From contig JACPNJ010000005.1 of the NCBI GenBank assembly GCA_016185545.1, positions 4,549 to 68,548 on the forward strand: a stretch of 64,000 nt of DNA. The letters are read 5' to 3'. Source of the stretch: Candidatus Yanofskybacteria bacterium (GTDB lineage: Bacteria; Patescibacteriota; Minisyncoccia; 2-02-FULL-40-12; IGHO2-01-FULL-4-A). Both the position numbers and the translations under genes were made by a program. Positions within the stretch are counted from its first letter, which is position 1; each line of letters begins with the position of its first letter. A model generated the notes under the pieces. The model saw nothing but the letters and a program-made list of their open reading frames with translations, was not told the origin of the DNA and did not search any database. Shown one piece after another: positions 38,495-46,466 of this stretch.

Positions 38495-39501
38495 GGGGAT
38501 TTATATTTTAAAATTTCGGCTTTTAGTTCGTTGGAATTTCCGTGGCTCAAAAGGCCTAGATACGATTCTATTGCCGCAATGTCAGGATTTGATTTAAGTT
38601 TTTTTAACATTCTTCTCTTTGTTGTTGTTCTCAATATTCTGTGGTCTGGAAAATTCACCCACCCCAGAAAATCAACACCCGAATTAATGGTTTTTATGAA
38701 AATTTTACCGGGATGTAATTCTAGTTTAAGATTTTCGGATAAAAAAATCTGAATAGGGTTGATTATACCTTTAAGCCAGGCTTTGTAGGGTGAAATTATT
38801 ACAAAGTCGTCTGAATATCTGACATAGTATTTAGCCTTGAGTTTGTGCTTAACAAACTGGTCAAACTTGTTCATATAGATATTTACGAAAAGCTGTGATG
38901 TTAAGTTACCAAGCGGCAAGCCAACGCCTATTTTCTTGGACGAGAAACTTTTAATGATTTGGTTAAGAAGCCACAAAATATCCTTGTCCGGTATGTTCTC
39001 AACCAAAATTTTTTTCAGTACTTCATGGTCAATATTTTTAAAGAATTTCTTGATATCACACTTTAATATCCAACAAGTGCGAGTATTGTTTTTATTGGCT
39101 TTGTGGGCAAAACTCCTGAAACGGTTTATTGCTTTATGAGTTCCTTTGCCGACTCTGCACGAGAATGAATCGGGAATAAACACTCGGTCAAGGAACGGAC
39201 AAAGTTGCCTACAGACGGCATGGTGAATCAAACGGTCCCTTACTGGCGATTTGTGTATTTGCCTTGGTTTGGGGTCATTGATACGAAAAGATTGATATTT
39301 GCCGTGCTTATAAGTTTTGCCCATCAATTCATGGTGAAGTTCGATAATATTGTCCATCAAATTCATACTGAATTTTTGGACATCTTTCTTTTTGCGCTTT
39401 CCTTTCAAAAATTCTTGCCAAGAATGAAGCAGATTGTCTATACTTACAACATCGTAAAAACAAACACAAAAACCACCTTTATGCCCCCCCCCCAACAACA
39501 A
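38491..39501 (-). CDS. diversity-generating retroelement reverse transcriptase
   Basis: N-terminal IDNLLHSWQEFLKGKRKKKDV, SFSCRVGKGTHKAINR, DGR-specific GLPLGNLTSQLFVNIYMN, YVRYSDDFVI (YxDD). The start is ambiguous: TTG in the given frame, or an ATG if the G-tract is 9 long. Confidence 0.85.
   Translation of the reverse strand: MLLGGGHKGGFCVCFYDVVSIDNLLHSWQEFLKGKRKKKDVQKFSMNLMDNIIELHHELMGKTYKHGKYQSFRINDPKPRQIHKSPVRDRLIHHAVCRQLCPFLDRVFIPDSFSCRVGKGTHKAINRFRSFAHKANKNNTRTCWILKCDIKKFFKNIDHEVLKKILVENIPDKDILWLLNQIIKSFSSKKIGVGLPLGNLTSQLFVNIYMNKFDQFVKHKLKAKYYVRYSDDFVIISPYKAWLKGIINPIQIFLSENLKLELHPGKIFIKTINSGVDFLGWVNFPDHRILRTTTKRRMLKKLKSNPDIAAIESYLGLLSHGNSNELKAEILKYKSP
39484..39493. repeat. C10 (+ strand) / G10 homopolymer at the overlapping 5' ends of RT and avd
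   Basis: Read directly from the sequence. A 9-nt tract would give avd an ATG start at 39481 and RT an ATG start at 39517. Confidence 0.9.
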
Positions 39502-39502
39502 T

Positions 39503-39850
39503 TTGTCGATTATTCATGGTTTTATTGAATTATACAAAGTCTGGCAAAAAATATTTCCCCACTTTCCGACCACCTCCAGACACACGCTCGGATACAGAAT
39601 AGATAATCTTCTCGTGGAAATAGCTGAATTATTGTTTCTGGCGCAATTTGCAACCGGCAATCTTAAGTTATCTCTGGTTGAAAAAACATCACAGAAACTA
39701 GATACGATAAAATTCCTGTTAAGGTTGGCTTGGGAAGTTGAATCTATGGAAGAAAAGAAATATATAATTTTGTCTGAATATCTGCAAAACATTGGGAAAC
39801 AACTTGGCGGTTGGATAAAATATATAAGAAAAGAAAACTCTCCGCGTTGA
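39503..39850 (+). CDS. avd: DGR accessory variability determinant (Avd), four-helix-bundle type
   Basis: C-terminal GKQLGGWIKYIRKEN resembles bAvd ..GRILGSWIARVNRK; IKFLLRLAWEVE resembles bAvd LRFWLRFLA; 115 aa. It lies on the strand opposite to RT, TR and the target gene. Confidence 0.7.
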   Translation: MSIIHGFIELYKVWQKIFPHFPTTSRHTLGYRIDNLLVEIAELLFLAQFATGNLKLSLVEKTSQKLDTIKFLLRLAWEVESMEEKKYIILSEYLQNIGKQLGGWIKYIRKENSPR

Positions 39851-39866
39851 GCAGAGAGAAACAGAG

Positions 39867-40007
39867 ATAGTTTCGAGGCAGAACGAACACGAAGCGATAG
39901 TCAGAATCAAAGACGTTGTCGGGATTGCCGTAATACGCGTTCAACCAAGGTTCGCCATCGTTACGATTCACATCGAACACGTTCAGGTTGCCGTCGGAGT
40001 CAGTAAT
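39867..40007 (-). repeat. DGR template repeat (TR), template strand minus
   Basis: Aligns to 40261-40401 at an offset of 394 bp. All 16-17 mismatches are T on the + strand, which is A on the TR coding strand; there are no other mismatches in 133 bp. Confidence 0.85.
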
Positions 40008-40197
40008 GTATGGCATACCGTCTATACCACCACCCCTTGAGTTTTCTCAGGGTTGAATCTAATTTGATATCTAAATCATACCCTAGTACACCACACCAAG
40101 TATGTCTGTTTTTTTTTGAGGCCGCTCAAAGCCTTCTAATTTTGACCGTGAGCATGTCGCCGTATCTATAATATAACTTATTTCCGAAATAAAAAAG

Positions 40198-40230
40198 GGT
40201 CAGTCAATGATAAAAATATTGACCGACCCA
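40198..40230 (-). terminator. hairpin plus U-run downstream of the VR/target gene
   Basis: Minus strand: gggtcggtcaat..attgactgaccc followed by ttttttatttcgg. Confidence 0.5.
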
Positions 40231-40260
40231 GAAACCAAGCAACAAGAATCTGAGAGATCC

Positions 40261-40401
40261 TTACTTGCGAGGCAGAACGAACACGAAGCGATAGACAGAA
40301 ACAAAGACGCTGTCGGGACAGCCGCAAAACGCGCCCAACCAAGGTTCGCCATCGAAACGATTCACAACGAACACGCGCAGGCTGCCGTCGGAGTCAGTAA
40401 G
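40261..40401 (-). repeat. DGR variable repeat (VR) at the 3' end of the target gene
   Basis: See the TR entry. The TR-encoded peptide has Asn (AAY) where the VR peptide has S/R/F/G/C/K, and TR Asp/Tyr codons also vary. Confidence 0.85.
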
Positions 40402-40914
40402 TGGCTCCATGGCAACTACGAGACACTCTCCATCGGGCTGATCCTTGTACTGATCGCGCAGTGCCGGACCAACTTCGTTTGGACAGAGTTGACCGCCGAC
40501 CTCAACTATCCTGGCACAGATGTCATCATACCGGGTACTCTTCTTGAAACCGAGTTCAGCAACCGACATGACACACAAATCCACTTCAATCTCTGCCTGC
40601 GAGATGGAGATTTTGTGGAGAATCTGCTGTGCCCAATCACCGATTCGGGTAGTACCTCCACGCTTCAGGGCACTCGCGTAAGCCTTCGGGGTCTTGTGAA
40701 GGCCCAGTCTGATGGTCCCCCAAACCTTCAGCACTGGCAAAAGCCCAAGAAACTTCTGGAAGACATCTCTGACAGGCAAAGTATTTGACTTGATTGCCCG
40801 AGCCAGGTCTGATAGATACCCGCTGTGCAGTGTGTTCATCTCCTCACCGGAGAGCTTCTGCTGATCCAGCAGATTAAGTGTCTGCTGGGCATGACCAAAA
40901 GTTGCATTGCTCAT
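40261..40914 (-). CDS. DGR target protein (217 aa) with C-terminal variable region
   Basis: AGGAGG RBS; GC content higher than its surroundings; C-terminus ..DGEPWLGAFCGCPDSVFVSVYRFVFVLPRK is VR-encoded; no signal peptide. Confidence 0.8.
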   Translation of the reverse strand: MSNATFGHAQQTLNLLDQQKLSGEEMNTLHSGYLSDLARAIKSNTLPVRDVFQKFLGLLPVLKVWGTIRLGLHKTPKAYASALKRGGTTRIGDWAQQILHKISISQAEIEVDLCVMSVAELGFKKSTRYDDICARIVEVGGQLCPNEVGPALRDQYKDQPDGECLVVAMEPLTDSDGSLRVFVVNRFDGEPWLGAFCGCPDSVFVSVYRFVFVLPRK

Positions 40915-41118
40915 AGTTTCCTCCTATTGAGCGCTATTCCCTTGCGGGATAGCAGAAATTGGCTGCCTGATTGCAGCCCCCAAACTCTTAAATAGATTCG
41001 GGATTGGGGGCTACAATCAGTAAAAATGACATTCAAAAAAACCTTTTATACCTTAATTATACACCCAAAAGCACAGAAAAGTCAATAGCACGAAAAACCT
41101 TGAAAAATAGGGTTAAGT

Positions 41119-41973
41119 TTAAATTTTTCCCACCGATCCAAAGAGCTCCAGATATTTTTTAATCATTCTCTTCATCTCTTCATAAGAGGACTTGAGGTAT
41201 TTGTAGGGCGTGGTTTCTTTGGGTTCTTTTTCAAGTTCTTCATGCAATGTATCATGATAAGCCACGCGGAGCTCGGTGTTAATGTGGACATTGGCGATAC
41301 CGTTTTGTATCGCCATTTTTATTTCTTCAGCCGGTAAGCCCGAAGCACCATGCAGCACAAGCGGCACTACAGGTATGGCTTGAACTATTTTTTTTAGATG
41401 CCCAATGTCTAAATGCTCTTCCTGATTAGTAACGATTCCGTGGATATTGCCGAAAGCTACGGCAAGCCGGTCAACACCAGTGCGCGTGACAAAATCGCGC
41501 GCCTGCTCCGGTTGAGTATAATCCGCCGGACTTATTTCTATTTTCTCCTGAACTTCCGAACTGCCACGCAAATATCCCAATTCTCCCTCAACCTCTAAGT
41601 TAAAGGATTGGGCGTAATCAACAACTTTTTTGGTTAGAACTATGTTTTCTTCGTATGAATGTTTTGATGCATCTATAAGTACTGAATCATAACCGGCATT
41701 AACGACGGCTTTGGTTGTTTCCCAACTTTTATGATGGTCGGCATTCAGGAAAACCGCGTGGCCATTTTTCTGATATGATTTAACCAAAGCCACCGCCTGT
41801 TCCCTGCCGACAAAATCCGCTTCGCTTTCCGAGGTCCCGACCATAATCGGCGATTTCAGCTCCATCGCCGCCTCAACAAACGCCTTGAGCTGGTCTGCCG
41901 TAGAAAAATTAAAATGCCCCAGCGCCCATTTGTCCGCCACCGCTTCATTAAAATACTGTTTTAAGGTTTTCAT
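41119..41973 (-). CDS. fba: class II fructose/tagatose-bisphosphate aldolase
   Basis: VLHGASG, NADHHKS, GELGYL metal-ligand pattern. Confidence 0.85.
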   Translation of the reverse strand: MKTLKQYFNEAVADKWALGHFNFSTADQLKAFVEAAMELKSPIMVGTSESEADFVGREQAVALVKSYQKNGHAVFLNADHHKSWETTKAVVNAGYDSVLIDASKHSYEENIVLTKKVVDYAQSFNLEVEGELGYLRGSSEVQEKIEISPADYTQPEQARDFVTRTGVDRLAVAFGNIHGIVTNQEEHLDIGHLKKIVQAIPVVPLVLHGASGLPAEEIKMAIQNGIANVHINTELRVAYHDTLHEELEKEPKETTPYKYLKSSYEEMKRMIKKYLELFGSVGKI

Positions 41974-41983
41974 AAATTCAGAT

Positions 41984-42186
41984 TGACATCTGATTTTCTT
42001 ACAACATCATGTCTTCCTGTAAATCTTCCTCGTTGAGCTATGGATTCCTTAAAATATGCGGTTATCCATTCCCCCTCCGCCTACTGGCTACGGGGCCCGC
42101 ATATTTCTTAAGGAATCATATACGCTCAACTCGTTGATTTACTAGTCGGCAGATGAATGACGAAAATCAGATATCAATCTTATTTT
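41984..42186. mobile_element. MITE-like ~200-bp element (left copy) with 19-bp terminal inverted repeats
   Basis: Left end agattgacatctgattttc versus RC of right end agattgatatctgattttc (18/19); internal long palindrome; inverted homologue at 44515-44700. Confidence 0.5.
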
Positions 42187-42370
42187 ATTAGCCGTGAACT
42201 ACAAGCGAGTCATAATACATTTTGGGACTTTTTGGGGCAGGCCCCAGCATGGTTTTGTCATAGGCCTTGCGCCTTGACAAATGGGGCTGCTCCAACAAGA
42301 TGAGCCGAACTCGCTGGGCTCGGCGAAGTTTCCAAAAGGTATTATGACGAGCTGTTAAACGAATGGCGAT

Positions 42371-43630
42371 TTACAATTTGATTAATCCATCTATTATATT
42401 CTCTTCTACCAACTCCTCAATTTTATCACGCCCCAGATATTCAATAAAAATCTTATTCCAAAGCGCCTCTTGCTGGTGATAAAGATATTTAATTTCGCCT
42501 TTTTTGACTAAAGACATGACCAGATCTATCAAGTCAAAGCTTACCAATTCATCGTTTGTCGGACCGCTTATGCCATCATGGAAAAAATCGCCGACAAAAT
42601 CCAATCCTTGCCAAAAACCGAACGTCCTGCCCTCCACGCCAAGCAATGTGGCAATTTTACCCAAGTCGCCTTCGGCCTTATACCAGTGTTCCGCCTCCGG
42701 ATTAAAATGCGGTTCCATCAGCCTAAAATCATCCGGGTCGTCCTTGGCCAAATATCTTTGCACGATTCGCAAACTGTTTTCATCCGGCAATGGCGCTTCG
42801 TTTACATCCCCACGCAAAAGCGATTTTAATTTAACAGTAAAGTTCTTTTCGTTGGAAAATTTCCTGAATAACTTAGAATAAAACGGCACCTCGTTGAGAT
42901 AGTGAAGAATTAATGTAAATAATCGTAGCGTTTCGCCCGGCGTGTCAATCTTAAGCGGAATTATAAAAATCACGCCGAATTCTTTCAAATGGCTGACATT
43001 GTGATATTTTTTTTCTAAAAATTTCTCGGCGACATCAAGCCATTGCGGTTCAAGTATTTTCAACACAACCCCTCGCTCCTCAAAGTCGTCAGCCGTTAAA
43101 TCATCGTAGGCCTTATCAAAAAATTCATGCATCCATTTTTGGTCTTGTGCGAACCGAAGCGAACTGAAGACCGATTCAAAGCCCTGTTTTTCAACTAATT
43201 CGGAAGCAGTTTGATATTCAAAATGTTTCAGAAGATTTTGCGGCGGAAATTCTTCAAGCATTTGAACGGCTTTATCTTTTTTTATAAAAAAACCCTCTGC
43301 TGGCTGATTGAGTTTAAGCGCTATATCGCAAAGCTGTCCGCAAACTGATGACATTTTAGAAAGATCGGGTTTGCCCAAAAAATTATAAAGATGCTCATCC
43401 ATATGCTCAATGCGCTTAGCAAGAATGTTATAAACATCCTTGGCATGGCATATATCAACTGACAGTCCCAGTTCTTCCAGCGTTCTCCCGATTAAAATCC
43501 TATTTTCCTCGGCTACGCGTTCAATAACGCCGGATTTGCCGGTCAGTTTATCCATTTTTTTCTCCAAACCCAAAAGCACCTCAGGTTTGGTGCGCAAGAT
43601 ACGGGCAAGTTTTGTATGAGCTTCAGACAT
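42371..43630 (-). CDS. hypothetical protein (419 aa)
   Basis: ORF only; lies between the inverted MITE-like copies. Confidence 0.4.
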   Translation of the reverse strand: MSEAHTKLARILRTKPEVLLGLEKKMDKLTGKSGVIERVAEENRILIGRTLEELGLSVDICHAKDVYNILAKRIEHMDEHLYNFLGKPDLSKMSSVCGQLCDIALKLNQPAEGFFIKKDKAVQMLEEFPPQNLLKHFEYQTASELVEKQGFESVFSSLRFAQDQKWMHEFFDKAYDDLTADDFEERGVVLKILEPQWLDVAEKFLEKKYHNVSHLKEFGVIFIIPLKIDTPGETLRLFTLILHYLNEVPFYSKLFRKFSNEKNFTVKLKSLLRGDVNEAPLPDENSLRIVQRYLAKDDPDDFRLMEPHFNPEAEHWYKAEGDLGKIATLLGVEGRTFGFWQGLDFVGDFFHDGISGPTNDELVSFDLIDLVMSLVKKGEIKYLYHQQEALWNKIFIEYLGRDKIEELVEENIIDGLIKL

Positions 43631-43671
43631 AAATTTGGTTGACTAAATTTTGGGTTTTGCTAGGGTTACGA

Positions 43672-43880
43672 TGCGGTGGGAGTGGCTCAGCGCAAGACCT
43701 AATCTCACCAGTTAGAGTCTTCGGGGTGCAAATCCCCGCACTTCCACCGCCTTAAGAGATATCAACAAGTGAAACTTTGACATTAAATTACTATTTTGCT
43801 AGACTTTTAGTAACTGGTGAGATTAGAATTTTGTACTGAGTTAAGGTTCGCCAACTCCCGCCTCGGCGGGTTTTTGGTTT
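43672..43880 (+). ncRNA. candidate structured sRNA ending in a rho-independent terminator
   Basis: -35 TTGACT at 43639; closed 5' domain gcggtgg..ccaccgc; long-range pairing of cctaatctcaccagttag with taactggtgagattag; terminator cccgcctcggcggg followed by tttttggtttt. Confidence 0.35.
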
Positions 43881-43931
43881 TGTTATAAATATAGCAAAAT
43901 AAGGGGTTTTTAACAATTTTGCAATAAACAC

Positions 43932-43961
43932 TTGACAATGCCTAGGCGATTTTGCTATACT
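43932..43961 (+). promoter_or_regulatory. near-consensus sigma70 promoter (TTGACA-18-TATACT) for the GC-rich ncRNA
   Basis: Hexamers read directly from the sequence. Confidence 0.55.
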
Positions 43962-43967
43962 TAAGAC

Positions 43968-44502
43968 AGGCTGGAGTGTGGGTGAAAGGTGCTGTTACCT
44001 TGACACACCTGACGCTTTCGGAGGCTGGCTGCGTTTCGCTCATGTTTCCTAAGACAGGCCGGAATTGTTGGCTAATCCGACCCCACACTCTCAACCCAGC
44101 TCTTTATACCAGAATCACGAACCCCGCTCCACACTCCGCCTTTATTGCGGAACTCAAGTAAGTCATTTGGAGCTAGTCCTGACAAGTTCAGGGCAAAAAG
44201 GTTCGCATTAAGTTTCGATTTTGCTGGTTGTGTGCCTTGAGGTTCCCTCACCCCATGGAATCGTGAACTGGAAAATTCACGAAGAGACACACACGATTGG
44301 CCGCCTAACCAGCATTTTGGCGGCTTACGGCACTCTGCCGTAGTTTACCCCACGTTGGCCAAGCTAGCGACAGGGGAATACCGCCCAGTCCTGCCATGAG
44401 GGTGGCTAGTGGTTGTTCCAGCAACCATGACAAGGACTCGAACCTACTAGGGGCAAAGTAGGCGTGCCGGATGCTATCACGATAGGCCGGCTTTTTTATT
44501 TT
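43968..44502 (+). ncRNA. candidate ~530-nt GC-rich structured ncRNA of unknown class
   Basis: GC well above flanking DNA; no credible ORF; internal complementary segments (ggagtgtgg / ccacactcc); ends in a hairpin plus ttttttattttt. Confidence 0.45.
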
Positions 44503-44514
44503 TAATTGGACATA

Positions 44515-44700
44515 GCAAGCCCCTTAGTTTTTCGTCATTCGTCTGCCGACTAACAAATTGCCGAGTTGAGCGTATATTGTTCCGCTGAAATATGCGGGTC
44601 GCGAAGCAGGAATGGATAACCGCATATTTCTAGGAACAATAGCTCAACGAATGCAATTTGTAGGAAGGCATGACGTTGTAAGAAAAATTAAGGGGCGAGC
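44515..44700. mobile_element. MITE-like element (right copy, inverted and diverged)
   Basis: Its reverse complement aligns along the whole length of 41984-42186. Confidence 0.45.
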
Positions 44701-44764
44701 GATGTTTTTGAAAAAACTTACTACTAAACTTATATACATTTGCACCGATGTGCTCAGTATTTCG

Positions 44765-45757
44765 TCACCTTCGTTCCTTAACCTCAACTAACGGCCATGT
44801 GCCCCAGTCACCTTTTTTAAGTATCCCCTCCTTACTCCCCACCTTCGTTACCACCGACGAGGAATTCGCCGTGGCAAACTGCATCGCTTTCTTAATGTCT
44901 CCGCTCCTCATATATTCTGCTACAAATCCTGAATTATAGGCATCTCCTGCTCCAGTCCGTTCAATGATCGGCGAGTCCGGCACCCCGGCAGAATAAAAAA
45001 CATCTTTGGCAAAAACTTTTGAGCCATTGTGTCCATCGGTCAATATAACCATGCCGCAACAGGTCAGTGATAACTTTTTTAATGTTTCCTCAACTTCTTC
45101 GGGTTTCGTACCGACCAACTGCGCGCCTTCTTCTTTATTCACCGCGAAAATATCAATATGCTTCAGGAGCGGCTCTAGTTTTTCAAAACCAAGTTCTAAT
45201 TCTTTGCCTCCGGGATTACAGGCAATTTTAATATTATTTTTTACAGCATGATTAACCAGCGCTTCAAATAAATCGTAATGCCCGCCAAGAGAATCAATAT
45301 AAAACCATTTAGCCTTTAATTTGCTAAAAGGTATATTTTTTACATCAAAATGCTGGCCCTCGCCCTTGTAGCTTAAAATTGTCCTCTCAGCATTAGGATT
45401 CATTAAAATCACGGAATAAGCAGTGCTGTCGTCACCATGAACCTGAAATAATGGTTCTATTTTTTCTTTTTTAAGTTCTTCGATTATCTCTTTGCCGGTC
45501 ATATCGTTACCAATAACCCCGACACAGGCAGCTTTAAATCCTTGCCGCCCAAACGTAACCGCTGAATTTGTTCCCCCGCCACCAGTAGTAAAAACAATTT
45601 CTTTTATACTAAGCTTGGAACCAAGCGAAAAACATTGTTCAACGCCAGTCGGCGAATCGGCATGTTTGCGCAATTCAACACCCTCCATTTTGAGAAAAAC
45701 GTCTCTAGTCGCCGAACCGATTGTAATAATGTCATACATAGAAAATTCAAAACTCAA
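44765..45757 (-). CDS. PfkB-family carbohydrate kinase (ribokinase-like)
   Basis: ERTGAGDAYNSGF DTxGAGD motif; GG dipeptide near the N-terminus. Confidence 0.8.
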   Translation of the reverse strand: MSFEFSMYDIITIGSATRDVFLKMEGVELRKHADSPTGVEQCFSLGSKLSIKEIVFTTGGGGTNSAVTFGRQGFKAACVGVIGNDMTGKEIIEELKKEKIEPLFQVHGDDSTAYSVILMNPNAERTILSYKGEGQHFDVKNIPFSKLKAKWFYIDSLGGHYDLFEALVNHAVKNNIKIACNPGGKELELGFEKLEPLLKHIDIFAVNKEEGAQLVGTKPEEVEETLKKLSLTCCGMVILTDGHNGSKVFAKDVFYSAGVPDSPIIERTGAGDAYNSGFVAEYMRSGDIKKAMQFATANSSSVVTKVGSKEGILKKGDWGTWPLVEVKERR

Positions 45758-45803
45758 ATTATAAATTTTAAAACAGTTTTATACTTTGAATTTTAGATTT
45801 CAT

Positions 45804-46466
45804 TTAAAATTTAAAATTTGAATTTGGTTGATTGTCAGTAGCAGCTTGCAATTTTTGAATTGCCGCTTTGATATCCTTGCTCTCCCAAATATAACTTCCT
45901 GCTACCAACATGCTTGCCCCTGCCTCAATCAGTTTAGGTGCCGTCTCCGGTGTCACCCCTCCATCTACTTCAATCGGCTTATCAGGATAATAAAAATGAA
46001 AATCTTTTATTTTTTCCACAACCGATTCCACAAATTCGCCTCCGTAAAACCCGGGCTCAACAGTCATAAAATGCACAAAATCAACTTGATCAATGTACGG
46101 TCCAATTTTATTGACCGGGGTTTGGGGATTGACCGCAATACCTATTGTTTTATCCGCCTCTTTGACCGCATCTATTACTTCTTGAGCCTTATTTGTTGCT
46201 TCAATATGGAAAATAAATTTGTCAGCTGGGGTTTCAAGCCAGCGGACAATGTGATTCTCGGGTTTTGAAACCATCAAATGAACCCCGATTTTTAAATTTG
46301 TATCCAACGACTCCACTTCTTCAAATCCCAGCATTGTCATATTAGGCACAAAAATCCCATCGGCAATATCAAGGTGAATACGTTCAACATGCGTTTCAAC
46401 TGCCAAAATTTTACTTAGCAATTCCTCTTTAGTTTTAACCAGAATTGAAGGTATTACCTCTGTCAT
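45804..46466 (-). CDS. rpe: ribulose-phosphate 3-epimerase
   Basis: IHLDIADGIFVPN, GIAVNP, VDGG. Confidence 0.85.
   Translation of the reverse strand: MTEVIPSILVKTKEELLSKILAVETHVERIHLDIADGIFVPNMTMLGFEEVESLDTNLKIGVHLMVSKPENHIVRWLETPADKFIFHIEATNKAQEVIDAVKEADKTIGIAVNPQTPVNKIGPYIDQVDFVHFMTVEPGFYGGEFVESVVEKIKDFHFYYPDKPIEVDGGVTPETAPKLIEAGASMLVAGSYIWESKDIKAAIQKLQAATDNQPNSNFKF

Noticed and set aside
39205-39792. ORFs 39205-39528 (+), 38936-39139 (+) and 39514-39792 (-) overlapping RT and avd
   Set aside because: They are antisense or overlapping frames of well-supported RT and Avd coding sequences, with no motifs.
40207-40788. The + strand 193-aa ORF overlapping the DGR target gene
   Set aside because: It is antisense to the VR-bearing gene, which has an RBS and a TR-matching frame. 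It is a GC-rich spurious ORF.
43673-43751. A tRNA gene (acceptor-like gcggtgg/ccaccgc plus T-arm-like segment)
   Set aside because: Five unpaired nucleotides separate the T-stem from the acceptor strand and the D-arm does not fold. It is not a canonical tRNA and is reported instead as part of an sRNA candidate.
43968-44502. RNase P RNA (a GGUAAACU-like segment was seen on the minus strand)
   Set aside because: The promoter and terminator are on the + strand. The P4 consensus GGAAAGUCCGG is missing, and the order of the motif-like segments does not fit type A or type B.
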